Positions 1-14,500 of a stretch of 64,000 bases of DNA are shown one piece after another. The notes below the pieces were generated by a model. The model had not been told where the DNA came from. It made no database searches and saw only the letters and a program-made list of their open reading frames with translations. The translations under genes and the position numbers were made by a program. The DNA is from Selaginella moellendorffii (Eukaryota; Plantae; Lycopodiophyta), in assembly GCF_000143415.4 (NCBI RefSeq), contig NW_003314290.1, forward strand, positions 310,001 to 374,000, given 5' to 3'. Positions within the stretch are counted from its first letter, which is position 1, and each line of letters opens with the position of its first letter.

Positions 1-3000
1 AAGGGTCATCTAAGTTATTGATACAATTTGACATTTACTTCCAAAGTCTATTGCTTCATGTGGAGCCAAATATGTAAGAGTAGATTAAGTTGAGAATGTT
101 GTAATTAACATTTCGTCAAGATTTTGTAAAACTTATGCATACATTTGCTACACATACTCTTAATGATGCTTTTCGACTAACACAATATTATGAGATATCG
201 CCATTTCCACTTATTATTGCATGTCCTTTGACTCCATTGTTTATGGGAGATGGTTTTGTTCTAATGGAGGTTGATGCAATTACTACTTATGTTTAAAGAC
301 AAAGGCGAGGATATGGTCATAGTTGTGATATCTATTATTTGATGTGTGGTGAGGTTAGCTATACATACTAGTATTATCAATGTTTTCTAGATTAGCATCC
401 TTCATTTTTTAGGTGGAGGCCTTGGCATTAATAATGTGATATTGATATTATTGTAATGGAAGGTCTTGACATAGAAATTCTTCTAAGAAATAAGGAATCA
501 TACAAGTAATGGAGGGTTTTTACACAAATAAATTAGTGATTCTTCCATCCTTCTTGCAAGACTACCATCAAGGGATTCACTTGGCATCAGTTTATATAGT
601 GTTTATTTTCTAAGCTCATTTTTATAATAAAAGGTCTTCTATTATTCTCTTTATGTTGGTTGATATAGACTTGAGTTTATCTTCTATTGCTCACTTATTG
701 TCACATGTTACTGTCTACAATTGCATCGTGTAGTAGAGCCAATCTTCATTCTTTATGGCAATAGTCATACACATACGTGTGTGTGGGATAAGATAAACCT
801 AACTATGTGCATAGGTGATCTCAAGCTTGAACTTCAATTGTTGTAGATGGTACTTTTTTGACCTCATCTTTAGTATGGATTGGTTGTAGTACAATAATAC
901 CAAGTATGACTTTGAGGGTTTTCCCCCTTATCTCATACTTTTTTATATTTCTTTTATTCTTCTCACTTCTATTCCCTTTTATCCCTCTGCTTCCATCACT
1001 TTTGTTTTTCTATCACTTCCTATTTTATTTCCATCTTGCTCTTTTATTCCCTTTCTAAATCCTTCAAATGGCCTTTATATTGCAGTGGGATAAGATAAAC
1101 CTAACTATGTGCACAGGTGATCTCAAGCTTGAACTTCGCCAATGGCACGGCTAGAAAATCCCTACACAGTGCCAGGCATGCAACAATCTTAAGAATATTC
1201 TCCCGCATGATAGAAACTGCAACTCTTGTCGAGCCTGCCTTATCCTAAACCTGGTGGTGACAAAAGAGCAAGATGGAAATAAAATAGAAAGTGATAGAAA
1301 AACAAGGTGACACGTTTAAAATGTTACGTTTTTTAAGTTTCACACGTTTTCTGGCAACTATGCATCCAGATATATCAGCATCAAAATCTTGAAAATGTCC
1401 TCTGGACATTGACGATATTCGATCTCAAGAAACTGCAACTCTTGTCGAGCCTGCCTTATCCTAAACTGAGCTCCTAGCCGTTTCCTCTTTCGGTCTTCCA
1501 AATCCTCCCATCTCTTCCGGCCATTAGCCGGGCAGGAGAATATTCTTAAGATTGTTGCATGCCTGGCACTGTGCAGGGATTTTCTAGCCGTGCCATTGGC
1601 CAATCTTGGTAATACTATACCCTCACAGATTCCTTGCAGAAGTACCAGATATGAAGATTGTCTACTACCTTTGCAAACTAATCTGTCCAAGAGCTGGTGC
1701 ATAATGATCTTTGCCGACCTTCTGGTTCTTAGTACAGAAAAGTGGAAGGGATGTGTGATTTGGTCACGTCAATCTTTTCCACGCTTGTCTCTCTTGACTC
1801 TCAAACTTTAAAGATGCCGCCTTCTCTACTAGACGTTCTAACCATCACGCCTGTATCCTTGAGGGCAGACGCTTGTGCTTGCAGGAACCAAGCCCCAAAG
1901 CATTGCAGGAATCTTTGATGCAAGAAGAGATGACGCGATCTGATCACCAATGGTTCCAATGAAGGTGTTTAGCTTGTCTTTGGTGAGGCCGGGAGTCAGT
2001 GGCAAGTCTTGCGCATTGTAAATGTTGGAGATCACAGCAAGAACAAGAAAAAACAGTGAGGCTCTTTCATTAAATTTCTTTTTCCAACTCTGAGCTTGTT
2101 TGCAGTCCTTTCACAGTAAAGATTATAAAAAGAGAGGAAAGAGCTAAGAATATAACAAAAGAAAGTGAGATATACTTGAAGCTCCCACTTATGAGAGAAG
2201 GCCTTTAAATCGATCTTTTCCATTTAAAGTTAAGGTATTACTGCAAGAAAAATTCAAGGTTTCATCTTGATTTAATTGACTACTATATTCGTTTCTTAGT
2301 ATATTTCGATAGTTTCTTAGTATATTCAGGAGTTCCACTCCCGTTGTCAACTTTTTGAGTCGGAGCTTTTAGTTCATATGTGTTACACTCATTTGGCTTT
2401 CACTTTATCCACTACCACATGGCACCCTTTCGGCGCCTTTTTAGGGCCTAGGGATTTGTGTTTTACAATTCCACCACCTATAGGCAAAGTTTGATGTTCT
2501 TATCGAACAATAAACCATTTTATAAAGTAACACTAGCATATTCAACTTTAACCTATTGTCTAGAGCCAAGATTGTAACACATCATTTTATTGCAACTAAG
2601 GATGCTCATTCAATCAAGGTTCTTGTTTGGTGTCAGTCACCAAAGAAGGTCAAGATTTTATATATGCATGTCAAAAGATATTAAAGAAAGGTGTTATCTG
2701 AAAGTGTCAAAGTCCTTGGGTATGTGAATTTCATCTTGTAACGAAGTCTAATAGGAGTAATCACTTTTGCATTGACTATCATCCATTAAATGAGGTGACT
2801 ATCCTAAATATGTACCATCTTCCTCACACTAGTGATTTCTAAATTGTCTAAGAAGAAGTTATTGGTTCACCAAGTTAGATTTTGCTTCTGGGTACTGACA
2901 AGTGTCAATGGTTGAGGAAAATGTTCCTAAAATTGTTTTTCATACACTATTTAGTTTATACAAGTTTTTGGTGATGCTATTCAATTTAAACAATGCTTCA

Positions 3001-5475
3001 ACAACTTTCTAGCGAATGATAGACAAAGTTTTCTGTGATATACCGATGGTCACTATTGACTTCATCGATGATATCTTGATCTACTAAAAGGGGATGTAAG
3101 AGAAGCATATATATGATGTTTGTAAAATATTAGATCAACTGCAAGAAGTTGGTTTAAAGCTAAAGTGATTAAAGTGCATATTTGGGTCCAATAACATAAT
3201 TTATCTTGGGTATTGTATTTTTTGTAAGGGCTTACAAGTTGGTCTTGACAAACTTATAGTTATTTTAAAGTTCTCTCTTCAAAAGTGTGTGAATGATATG
3301 CAACACTTCTTAGGCAAGGTGCAATATCTCAGTTGTTTCGTTGATCATCTCTATAATCATATTGCATTATTGAGAGTATTGTTAAAATTGTTAATATCAT
3401 CTTTCATCTAGTCCATAAATTGTGAGTAGACGTTTATGGATTTCAGAGAGCTATTGATGACTCCTAAAGTTTTGGCATATACTCACTACACTTGACCTTT
3501 CATTTTGCATGTAAATGCTTTTGATGTCGGTCTTGGAGGTGTGTTGATGCAAAAGAGTAGTAGTTAATATCATCCTATTATATATATATCAGCCATATAT
3601 TACAACAAGTGGAGTTGAATTACTCTACAACAAATAAAGAGTTTTTAGTAGCAATTTAGGGTTTTGAGAAGATTCATATATATTTACATTGTTATCAAAC
3701 ATTACTAGGAGATGGTTATGTTATAGTTATTTCGTTATTGAAATGAAAGAACTTAGTTATACTAGTTAGTGGGTTCTAAATTTTAAATATATAATTTTGA
3801 GGTTGTTCATTGCTTAAGGAGTTGTATGGTTGATGCTAACACCCTTTCTCAAGCTCCTCTCTATTCTTTGCTCACTTCTCCTATTCATGATGAGTCTATT
3901 GCTCTAGCATTTGTAGATTTTCTAAACAATTCCATGCCATTGGCAGTTCTTGTATTTGATATTTAGTGTTCATAAAGTGTGGGGCAAGACTTACCTTCTT
4001 TTAACAAGGTTTATGAAGCTCAAAATGTTAAGCTGTGGATTTGAAAGTTTCACAAGGGGTTTTAGAGTCATACATCACTTGTTAATGATTGTATTTGCAT
4101 TCTCAATATCACCTTGAGTATTACCTTCTTTATTTTGTGGGGATGGATCTTAATAATCATTTATGACTAGTGGTGCCTTTGATATTTATTCCACACTTTC
4201 TTTACATTTACCATGATTCTCCTAAATCTAGGCTGGTATATGGGACATCATTATATAACTAAAAAGTTATGCAACTCTTTCTATTGGCCAGGATGTGATA
4301 TAATATTTTTCAATATATGCATAGTTATGTTTGGTGCCAAACATATAATACTCCCCTCATGCTACAAAAGGATGGTTGGAGTCAATTGCAATTTCTCATC
4401 TATTTGAGTTAGTGGTATTTAATCTAAAGAGGCTTTTTCCATAGTCAAGTGTTAGTAATAAGTATGTCATTATTGCCTTTAACTACTTGACTCAATGAGT
4501 GGAAGTTAATGCTTTTGTTAATATTTTACACATCCTCCTCAATTAAGTGGTATTCTAGTATTCCTATCTAGAGTAAATATTCTCGGATAATTATCTTGTA
4601 TTTATGGATGAGATATTTTATGTTTTAACATCTTGGTTGGGGATATGTCACACATTCACAAAGTGCTTATCATCTATAAACAAATGGTTTAATGGAATGG
4701 CTCATTCGGACCTTCAAAAGGATAATTGCAAAGTACATAAACTTTTAGTATTTGAATTAAGATGATTATTTGCAATTTCTTTGGTATATATATGTTAGAG
4801 GCGTATAAAGTTCCATTAGTGTTTTACCATATAAACTCTTATATGGTCATAATCTAATATTGCTAATATAGTTGAGTTTACCTTCGCAATTGCCACAAGC
4901 TACTAATGCTAGATTTTAGGATTTGTATTTGACGAACATTCTTCCAATTGTTTAATCGAAATCTATTAAACACTTGAGCCACATATAAGTGGAACAATAA
5001 TGGTACTACAACTCCTATCATCATCTACTAACGGAATATAAAGTGAATGACATGATGTTACTTCGTTTCTCAATTTTATGGTACATGGTTTGTCTAAGGG
5101 GCTTTTTGCTCAGTAAAAAGAATTGTATTAGGGGTTGCAACAAGTTAAATCATAAATTTATGAAGTTCAATATGACATTCAATAGGCCAATCCTTCAAAA
5201 ATTATGTATGTGTAGTAGGTTCAATATAACATTCAACAAGCCAATCCTCCAAAAATTGTGTATGTGCCCATAAACCAAATAACTTTAGTTGACTTCTATC
5301 CTTTCAAGAGGAAGGGATGATGTGAGATTTATATGTATGATTATAATGTTATATACTAATATTAGTATAGTGGGATTTCAATTCGAACCACTCATTCTTG
5401 TATATAAACTAGGGTTTTTGAGCTAATTGATATATATATAATTTTTATCCTATTTCCATATTCCATGCACTCACA
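1..5475 (+). mobile_element. Heavily decayed Ty3/gypsy LTR retrotransposon, same family as 16281-21210; runs off the left window edge; interrupted at ~1085-2545
   Basis: Collinear DNA similarity to gag-pol at ~17140-21000, e.g. 2870 caagttagattttgcttctgggtac vs 18505 caagctagatcttgcttctgggtat. PPT aagaggaaggga at ~5306-5317. Many stops caused by C>T/G>A changes. Confidence 0.92.
5321..5475 (+). repeat. 3' LTR of the decayed gypsy copy
   Basis: TGTGAG...CTCACA termini; follows the PPT; homologous to 21037-21210. Confidence 0.88.
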
Positions 5476-7029
5476 GTATTTAAAATAAAACTAATTAATT
5501 ATGTATTTTATGAAAGAAAATAATTTATAAAATTAATAAGAATTAAAATCACCCTTTGTCTAAATTAAGCTTATTATATTATATAAGCATTTTACCATCC
5601 CCTCCTAATGTCCTCAATTAATGGTCAATTAATAGAGATGCTTTTAAGCTAGATAATAATTCCTCTTACCCAACTTTATATTTTGCTGCAATCATGTAGA
5701 AGTGGATCCTTTACATTTCTCAACCATACCTACCTCCTCTACAACACCATATATCATGTAAAACATTACCTTCACCATAGTCATTATTATTGTTACCCAA
5801 ATTCAATCTTTTACACTAATATGTAACCTCTGGAATTTAAATTTCCCAAGAAATACATTGGTGTATCTTTTAAATTTAAACTTCACAAGAGGTCACAAAC
5901 CCAAAGATGTTTAACCCCAAGTATTCTAAAACTTTTAACCAATTGAAAAAAAGAGATACTCTTTGCTCATAGACTTTTTCTCTTTATATTTGAACTTCTA
6001 TAAATAGTCTCTTAAGTCATTCTCTTTAGTTTCTTATACAACATACATTTAGTGTAGCCTTCTTTTCTTGGGACCCACTGTTGGTTCACAGCGATGCAAA
6101 CAATCCAAATCTATAATAAATAAGTTCCATACTAAAAAAGGGCAGAAATTATAAAAATGTTTATCTTGTTTCCCTTTGAGTGTTTTACAAAGTAGATTGA
6201 TTGTATATGATAATTAATAGTGGTCTATATTGTATTTTTTTAACAAAACATTGAGCTACATGTTCACAAGCTTTGGCCTTGAAATGGTCCATTCCAAATT
6301 TTAAGTTTGCTATAGAAAGAAGTTTAGATGGAACCTGGCTGGTGGAGCAAGGTGCCAGGAGAAAAGCTGGGATATCAGCAATATTCCATGATGTGTTGTG
6401 AGCCCAAGGCCTCCCTCTCAGATGAAGGAAGAAGTCAGGAATCAAGTCAAGAGCCAAGGCAAGACAAAAGTCACACACCTTGTGAACCAAGATAATGAAA
6501 ACATCATGTTCAGCACTAGGCAAGATTTTAGCCACGTCAAGACGAAATTGGAGCTGAATCCTATGTCAATTTCAAGAATGGTGCCAGGGAGAAAGGAAAA
6601 GGAGTATAGAACAAAGAGAGTGTGCAAAAATTTCCGTAACAAGACCAAGAACAACCACATTGAGTCAGTTATAGAGTATGGAGTATAGAGGTCAAAGCCT
6701 GTATGGAGCAGAGGCATCAAAGATCAAGAGTGGGAATACATGGATATCAGTGCAAACATTGCAATGACTATCTTTTTCAAAATAACATTTCTAAATCTTT
6801 TGGTCTTATGCTTCATGGTGCCACACCACAGTGGAAGTAGTATATGAATGAATGAATATATAAATATAAAGAAGAACCAAAACCCAACCAAAGAACCTTG
6901 AGAGAAAGCACAACATTGAAGAAACTGATTGAGAACCTACTGCTTAAGAGAACAAGAATATTCGTTCTAACTTAGGGTTTTTGACCTTGTTGGACTGAAG
7001 CGAGCATATTCTCGTGGGCTAGGTTGGGC

Positions 7030-8177
7030 ATGGGAGCCGTGTGGGCAGCGGTCGTGTGGCATTTGCTCCACGCGATCGCGAGCTGCGCCGCGATTCTCCA
7101 GAGATTCCTGGATGGAATCGCCATCGCCATCGGATCTGTGCGATTCGCGTGGAGATCGGTGACGAAGAAGCCCCGCGTCGTCGCCATTGTCGTGGACGGG
7201 GAATCGGCGAGGAAGTGCCGGGACGAGATCGTGGAGCTGCTGGTTTTTCTGGCGGCGGCGGGAATTCGCCAGGTTGCGCTCTACGACATGGAAGGTATGG
7301 TTCCTCTCTTTTTTTTTCCCTGGATCGATTGATTTTGTGATGGATGGATTATTAAACCTTGGTTCGATTTTCCTTTCCTAGCTCTCTTTTGTTTGATCTC
7401 TTTTGTTGTGATTTTTTTCGATGAGCTCGTCGCTCCTTGCTACTTTTAGTTTATGAGTTCCTCGTTTGTGTAGAGACGCAGGCATTTTGAAGAGATATGG
7501 CACGTATCTTGAGAAAAGAGTCGTGTCTTCTACCTGGAAACGGCAACTAAAGCATGACTTCGTACGTATCTTCTTCCGTTTTCTACTTTACGTTGCTAAA
7601 CCTTGGTTGGCATTGTAATCAATCCAGCATTTTTCCAACGGAGTGGACCCTTTCCCCAGATCAAATCCGATTAGAACAAAGAGCGAACCGAGAATGGTGG
7701 TGGAGCTTCTGTCCATGAGCGATGGAAAAAACGCGATTGCCGAGGCTGCGCGGAGGATCCATGACGACCTCCGTGGTTCCTCGCGGCAGGATCAGCTGGA
7801 GCGGATCAACAGCCTCACAGAGACTGACGTGAACGAGTCTCTCAAGCAAATCGGTGAGAAAGAGAGAGTTTTTCCTCTTTCGTTTCATGCTTTTGACGAT
7901 CAAAATCCTCTTTTTTGTTTGGTTTCTTCAAGGACGCTGGAAACCCGATCCGGAGCTCATGCTTGTGTTTGGCAAGATCAACTCCGTCCAAGGCTTTCCC
8001 CCCTGGAGGATCAAGCTCACGGAAATCATGTAAGTCGCAAAGCTCCATCAAGATCTCCCTGAAAGAGTTTTTTTCTCCATTCGCAGTTACATGGGAGAGC
8101 TGAGAAGAAACATCGATTCATCGCTTTCGTATGCTCTACAAGCTTACTCGGGAAAAACCCATCGCTATGGCTGTTAA
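7030..8177 (+). CDS. NUS1: Dehydrodolichyl diphosphate synthase complex subunit (NUS1/NgBR/LEW1-like), about 5 exons
   Basis: Exon peptides IRQVALYDMEG|ILK, ELLSMSDGKNAIAEAA, PDPELMLVFG...GFPPWRIKLTEI, and C-terminal YSGKTHRYGC* with the RxG motif. GT-AG introns, e.g. 7295-7481. Confidence 0.85.
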
Positions 8178-8244
8178 TCACATTTAATTTAATAAACGCC
8201 TTAATAAACATATCGTTTTAATCCAAAGCATAACACATTTGTCC

Positions 8245-8794
<550 letters not shown>

Positions 8795-9035
8795 AGCCTG
8801 GAAGAAATCTCTGGAAAATTTCTCGTTTCCTCTCCTTTTCTAGCTAGTAGGAAGAAGAAGATTCTTTCCTTGTCCACTGTAATATGCTCTCTCTCGATCG
8901 CTATATGATCCTTCGATCAATCTAAACCTTTTCATAGTTGATGGTTCGATTCCTTGTAGAGAGGATAGCGTTTAAACCGTTGGTGTGGATGAGCCCTAGA
9001 AGGATTTTTCTTGCGAGATTTTTTTGCTGCTCGCG

Positions 9036-11270
9036 ATGAGGAATCGCTCCAGCATTTTCGTTCGCTCCATGGTCGCCTACTGGTGCTGGATCGTTGGCGC
9101 TGCCTCCGGCATTGCGGTGCGAGTCATCGGCGCCAAGCGGCTCCAGTGGATTTCTAAGCGAGTGCCCATGGAGTATCTGTTCTGGCGGAATCTAGGGATT
9201 GTAGCTGCCGTGGCGATCTTCGCATGGAAGGCCAGGGGCCGGCTGGGCTGCTCGCAGCTGTTTGATCGAACGCACACCAAGTGGGATATCAGGAAGGCCG
9301 TGCCGCTGGAAAGAAGAATGGTGTATGACAATGGATTGGGACAAACGCCATTGATGGGGTGAGTGTGAGTTCTTTCTTTTTTGTACATTCTTTCTTTCTC
9401 TCAAGGTAGAGCTCAAAAACGACATTTTTTTCGTTTTTGCTGTCTTTTATAGGTGGAGCGGATGGAACTTCTACGAATGCACTATTAACGAGAAGATCGT
9501 CTACGGGAACAGTAAGCTCTCGTGAAACTTTCGAGTCATTCCAAGTAAAACTTTGGTGCTTCAGTGGATGCTTTGGTTCGGCTCGATCTTCCATCTTATG
9601 GATACAACTACGTGATTGTTGGTATGAATGTGATTCCAGCTTCTCGGAAAACCAATGTTTTCTTTGCAGATGATTGTTGGTCCGCTTATAAGCGTGACAA
9701 GGAGGTAAACGTTTCTTTTTGCCTTTTCTTCTTTTGTGCCAAGACATTCTTTCTCAGGGAAATTTGCGATCCGATAAGAAAACATTTCCCTCTGGCATGA
9801 AAGCGCTCGCGGATTATGCTCACAAGAGAGGGATGAAGTTCGGACTATATTCTGATGCCGGGTAAGTTGTCCAGAGAGTTTAGAAAACTTGTAACTAGAG
9901 GAAGCTTATCATCTGCAGACATTTTCCAGGAGAATGACTTGCAAATGCCACCGAGCGGCTTCAGAGGGCCACGAGTTTCGAGATGCACGAACCTTTGCTT
10001 CGTGGGTACAGTAAACATGCTGATTTTTTGTTCCGTTTCAAAGTGTCACTTGAGTTATTTCTTCTCGTCCAGGGAATCGACTATCTCAAGTACGACAATT
10101 GCTTTCACAAGAAAAATCGGCCTTCTCATGCTCGGTACGCGAACAACGTTTTCGTATAAGGAATGGAGCAACACCACCGCGAAACTCTTGTAGGTACCCT
10201 GTGATGAGCGAAGCTCTCAACAAAAGCGGGCGTCCTATCTTCTATGCAATGTGTGAATGGTAATTAAATTTTTGTTTTCTTGCTATCTCTTGCGATATGA
10301 GAGCTCATGTTTCTGTGCTCAGGGGAGAAGATCATCCAGCCGTGTGGGCTGGGAAGTATGCGAATAGCTGGCGGACATCACTTGACGTGAAAGATAGATG
10401 GCCACGGTAAAGTTCTCCTGGATCTTCTTCTTTTTCCCTTTCCTGACCAGTTTCGCTTGCAGCATAGAGTTGCTAGCGGATGACAACAATTTGTGGGCAT
10501 CTTATGCTGGTCCTGGAGGTTGGAATGGTGAGATCAATGGTTGGCTTTACATAAATTTCTCAAGTGTCTCTCTTTCAGACCCTGACATGCTCCAAGTGGG
10601 GAATGGTCGAATGACCTTGGCTGAGTATCGTTCACATTTCAGCATTTGGTCTATCATGAAGGTTTGCATGCTCGTTTTTCATTAATCGAGACTAGAGTAC
10701 CTTGCCTCAGGCACCTCTCATCATCGGCTGTGAGTTGAGAACAATCACGAAAGAACACCTTGAAATTTACAAGAACACCGAGATAATAGCAGTAAATCAA
10801 GGTAACTTCTTGAAGATTGGAGCCACTGATTTCTCAGTCTTTTTCTTTTGGCATGTAGATTCACTAGGAATACAGGGACGCAAAGTGAGCCAAATAGGAC
10901 AGTCTGAGGTAATTACTTCTTGTTTGACATTGACAAAGCATTGTGTGACCACGCAGGTGTGGGCTGGTCCTCTATCGGGCGATAAAATTGTAGTGGCAGC
11001 ATGGAACAGAGGGTGGAAGCGAGCATTAATCACAATCAACTGGTACGATTTTGGATTGGAACCGAGTGTGACAGCAAGTGTGAGAGATTTGTGGAAGGTA
11101 TGCAATATGTTGTACAGTTCTTACAATTGATATATATATCTTTGCTCTGTGTGGTTATAGCACGAAGATTGGACTCAAAGGCAAGAGGACGGCTTTGAAG
11201 TGGAAATAGATTCCCACGACTGTGGGGTGTATATCTTGTCCAACATTTCCATGGTAGAACTGTACTTTAA
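9036..11270 (+). CDS. Alpha-galactosidase, glycoside hydrolase family 27, many short introns; start codon uncertain
   Basis: Spliced motifs [11 protein letters not shown]|[22 protein letters not shown]...[33 protein letters not shown]|[31 protein letters not shown]. Stop TAA at 11268-11270. Confidence 0.95.
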
Positions 11271-11989
11271 TAGTGGAGGATGACCACGGATGATTTAATT
11301 AAAAACTAAATTATTAAACAAACTGTTTAATAAATGGTTTTTCTAACCCATTTATTTCCCTTACTTTTTCAATTGACATCAAAGTTCCTTACATAAAAGA
11401 CCTAGGATTGGAGAGCATAAAATTTATGTTTAAATATTAATGTTAATATTAGAGTCAATTTGGAATCAATTTCAATATTAGAATTGATATCACTTTCTTC
11501 ATTTCAGTTTTAATTTTAGTCTCACTTTAATTCAGTTAAGTATTATTATTAATTCAAAGAATTTAGTATTGAGTTTTAGATAACAACAGAATAAAACATT
11601 TAAAATATAGTTATAAAGTCAAAAGATAATTGTAATCATCACTACATTATGGCAAGTGGAATATATTATTTATTGTTTTGATACTATTTTAATAATGTAA
11701 GAAAACTATAACAATCAAAACAGTGTTGGGGCAGAATATGCTAGGCAAGTATACCTTAATCAGCATTAGCATTTAAAAAATCTTTGCATTCATATCCTTA
11801 GAAAAATAATATTCTGTGAATCTTCTTAAACTGCCCCCAAAAATAGATAAGGAATTTTGTTGACTGATTGACATTTAAATAAATGTGTTGACCAGTTGGG
11901 TGTTAATGCCAATCAACACATCAGGCAGCTTTTAGTAGATCATCTGTAAACTTGACGAAATCTCACATCATGGTATCATGGGACTAGAG

Positions 11990-13510
11990 TTCTTGCAGTA
12001 CATTGGGTTCATCCTTGTGTAAGGTCCATATTCACCACCTGATAAATAGGCCTTAAAAGCCGCAAATCCAGGATATTAGCTTTGACCCAAGGATGAATTC
12101 TCTTGCAGGAACAACTGACTCCTCCATCAATACCCCGTTATTCATGGATTGATCTGCACCATAGAAACTGTTAGTCATTCTGGCACAAGTAGACGAAGCT
12201 TGGTGTGATGTCTCAACTAGCGTTAAAAACTCACAGTGTTTATGCACTGGAAAGCGCCCCAGCAATCCATCCATCCAGCAAAGAAAACTGGAACATCAAA
12301 ACAAATTGCTTACAGCCCTTGTTCTTGGTCTTTCCAATCGGCCCTGCAAGACTGTGAATGCAACTGTCAGCTCAACTCAATTCACATGGAGGAAAAGAAG
12401 ATAATTAAAAGAGTGAGAACCAACCAGAGTCAGTAGCAACAGCGTCAGCACTCTGAAGTAGTAAACTCACATTCCTTACCTGCAGAATACGGGCAATTCA
12501 AGGAAAGAAGCACTGTCAGACCAGGCAGTATTATTTACAACAGTAACCGTAGTTTTCACAGTCTCTCACAAATGCCTGTGATGAAATGAGCTCCACTCTA
12601 TCACACAGCATTAGATGACAGCATATATAGACGGATTGAAAGAGTCGGTACTCCCTTAAGCAGTTTGACAGTCTCCAAACTCGTCCTTGGCCAACCAGTT
12701 GGAGCCTCGGACGATTTAAGCGATTGCGCATCTGTGAATGTGAACTTTCCTGCAGCTTCGCCGCTCGGCTATACAGGACACCTGATTAGTTACAATCAAT
12801 AGACAAAAATATTGTAAGCATGTTTACCTTCTTCAAAGACTGCGATCTTCATCAAAAACAAAAAGCACGTGCACCTTCCCCTCTTCTGGCAGTACATGCT
12901 TCAAGTTTTCAAACTCTTGTGTAGATTCTCGTTCCTAACATCTGGTGAGTCACTAATATCGTCGACAGCTCTGCTGTTGATCATTTCAAGCCATTTCTTG
13001 TGCACGGCCTCCGCAATGCTGGACAAATCCATCTATGAATCCATCCACTGCACTGAGCTCATCTTCTCACCCTATGAAGGACAAAAAGCCATGCTTTGAA
13101 GTATAGCACCATCTCCAACTCGCTGTTCGTTAGGCATTCACACATTGCCCCATGTGTCTTCCCCGTGCTAGAGCCCTGTACTATGGAGGTATAGCAGCTT
13201 ACAATAGCAGAAGAATTCAAGACTTACTCTTTGAGCATTCATTCCTCAACTTACATAGCTCCTTGTGCAATATCTTCCTCACCAACATACTCCCTGCATA
13301 ACAATTTCATCACCACTTTCATATTACTCTTGTGCAACAAACAATCACGATTAGGCCTATTGTTCTCTGCACAAAGCAAAAGAATACTCGAGAAGTTGAA
13401 AACTTTCACCTATCGGCTTCTCCATGAGGCCCTTTGCGCAATGGCACTAAGCATAGTCCAAATTGGCATGTGAGGTGAGGATTTCCTGGAAACAGGGGAA
13501 AACCTCATTT
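11990..13510 (-). pseudogene. Multi-exon gene remnant of unknown family
   Basis: Regularly spaced minus-strand GT/AG signals around coding-like blocks, but with in-frame stops and no recognisable motif. Confidence 0.3.
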
Positions 13511-13837
13511 ATATTGGCCATCCACAACCTGGAGTCTGAATGCCGAAGGTGCCAATAGTTAGGCCCACCAATGCTCTCCATTAAACCCTAGAACTTTTTC
13601 CTTTGAATTTTAGAGTTAATGTCAATGCCAGTTAACACATTGCATGTGACATGTGTTACACAACATTTTCTTCTCTTGCCCTAGGCAATTGACAACCTCT
13701 CATTGGTTGAGAATAAACATTAGCATGAATATTTGCCAACACATGGTTCATTTTGACAGTTACCCCCCATCAGATGGTTGTTATTGGCAGGATCTAGTGG
13801 CCCAGAAAGTTTGGCAACTCCTTCTTTATTAATTTTA

Positions 13838-13863
13838 GAGAGAGAGAGAGAGAGAGAGAGAGA
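13838..13863. repeat. (GA)n microsatellite
   Basis: Directly visible. Confidence 0.95.
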
Positions 13864-13864
13864 T

Positions 13865-14500
13865 GTTTTCAAGTGAAACAGAATGTATGCATTTGCAAAG
13901 TTATTATGCTCTCTTGTTCCATCAATTTGTCATCACATGCATACCATTGACCATTTCCAAGATTTTGTTGTATTGTCAGCATCACCTATGTGGTTTATCA
14001 AGTCTGTAGTGCTGCCTTGAGATCTCAAGACTTCCAAAGTGTCAATCTTGACACAAGTCACACTTGAACCTTGTGAGATAATCAACCTGAGTTTCACAAA
14101 CTCCATCCTCTTGCAAATGTTGTGTTGCTTTCTTTTAAACTTTAAGCAGCACCATACATCTAACACATTGTCCTTTGCATACTCTTAGATGTATGATTCT
14201 AAGGAAATACCTACAATCAATAATAGTATTGGCAGCAAGAGAGACATGAAAGTCTTATCACTAAGGCCTTACTTTTGGGTAGTGTGGTTTTATTTTGCTC
14301 TGCCCCTAAATTTTTTTTGCAATTGACAAACTTTGCATAAGTTCACTTTGATGCTTGAGGTAGTGGCATCAAGCAATGATCATCTCCTTCTGTGTTGGTC
14401 CTTGTAAGAATAAAAACAAACTCACAGTGAAAAAATGAATTGCTAGAGCTTTGCATTGTTTTCAACTTTCTGATCATCATTTTCTCTAGGAAGATGGAAA
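13865..14500 (-). pseudogene. Decayed paralog of the USP gene at 24841-25737
   Basis: LDVWCCLKFKRKQHNICKRMEFVKL matches LDAWCCSKCKSKQHNICKKMEFVKL. Deletions and frameshifts present. Flank 14460-14500 matches 26030-26060. Confidence 0.85.

Noticed and set aside
6185-6720. Overlapping short ORFs upstream of NUS1
   Set aside because: No recognisable motif or consistent splice structure.
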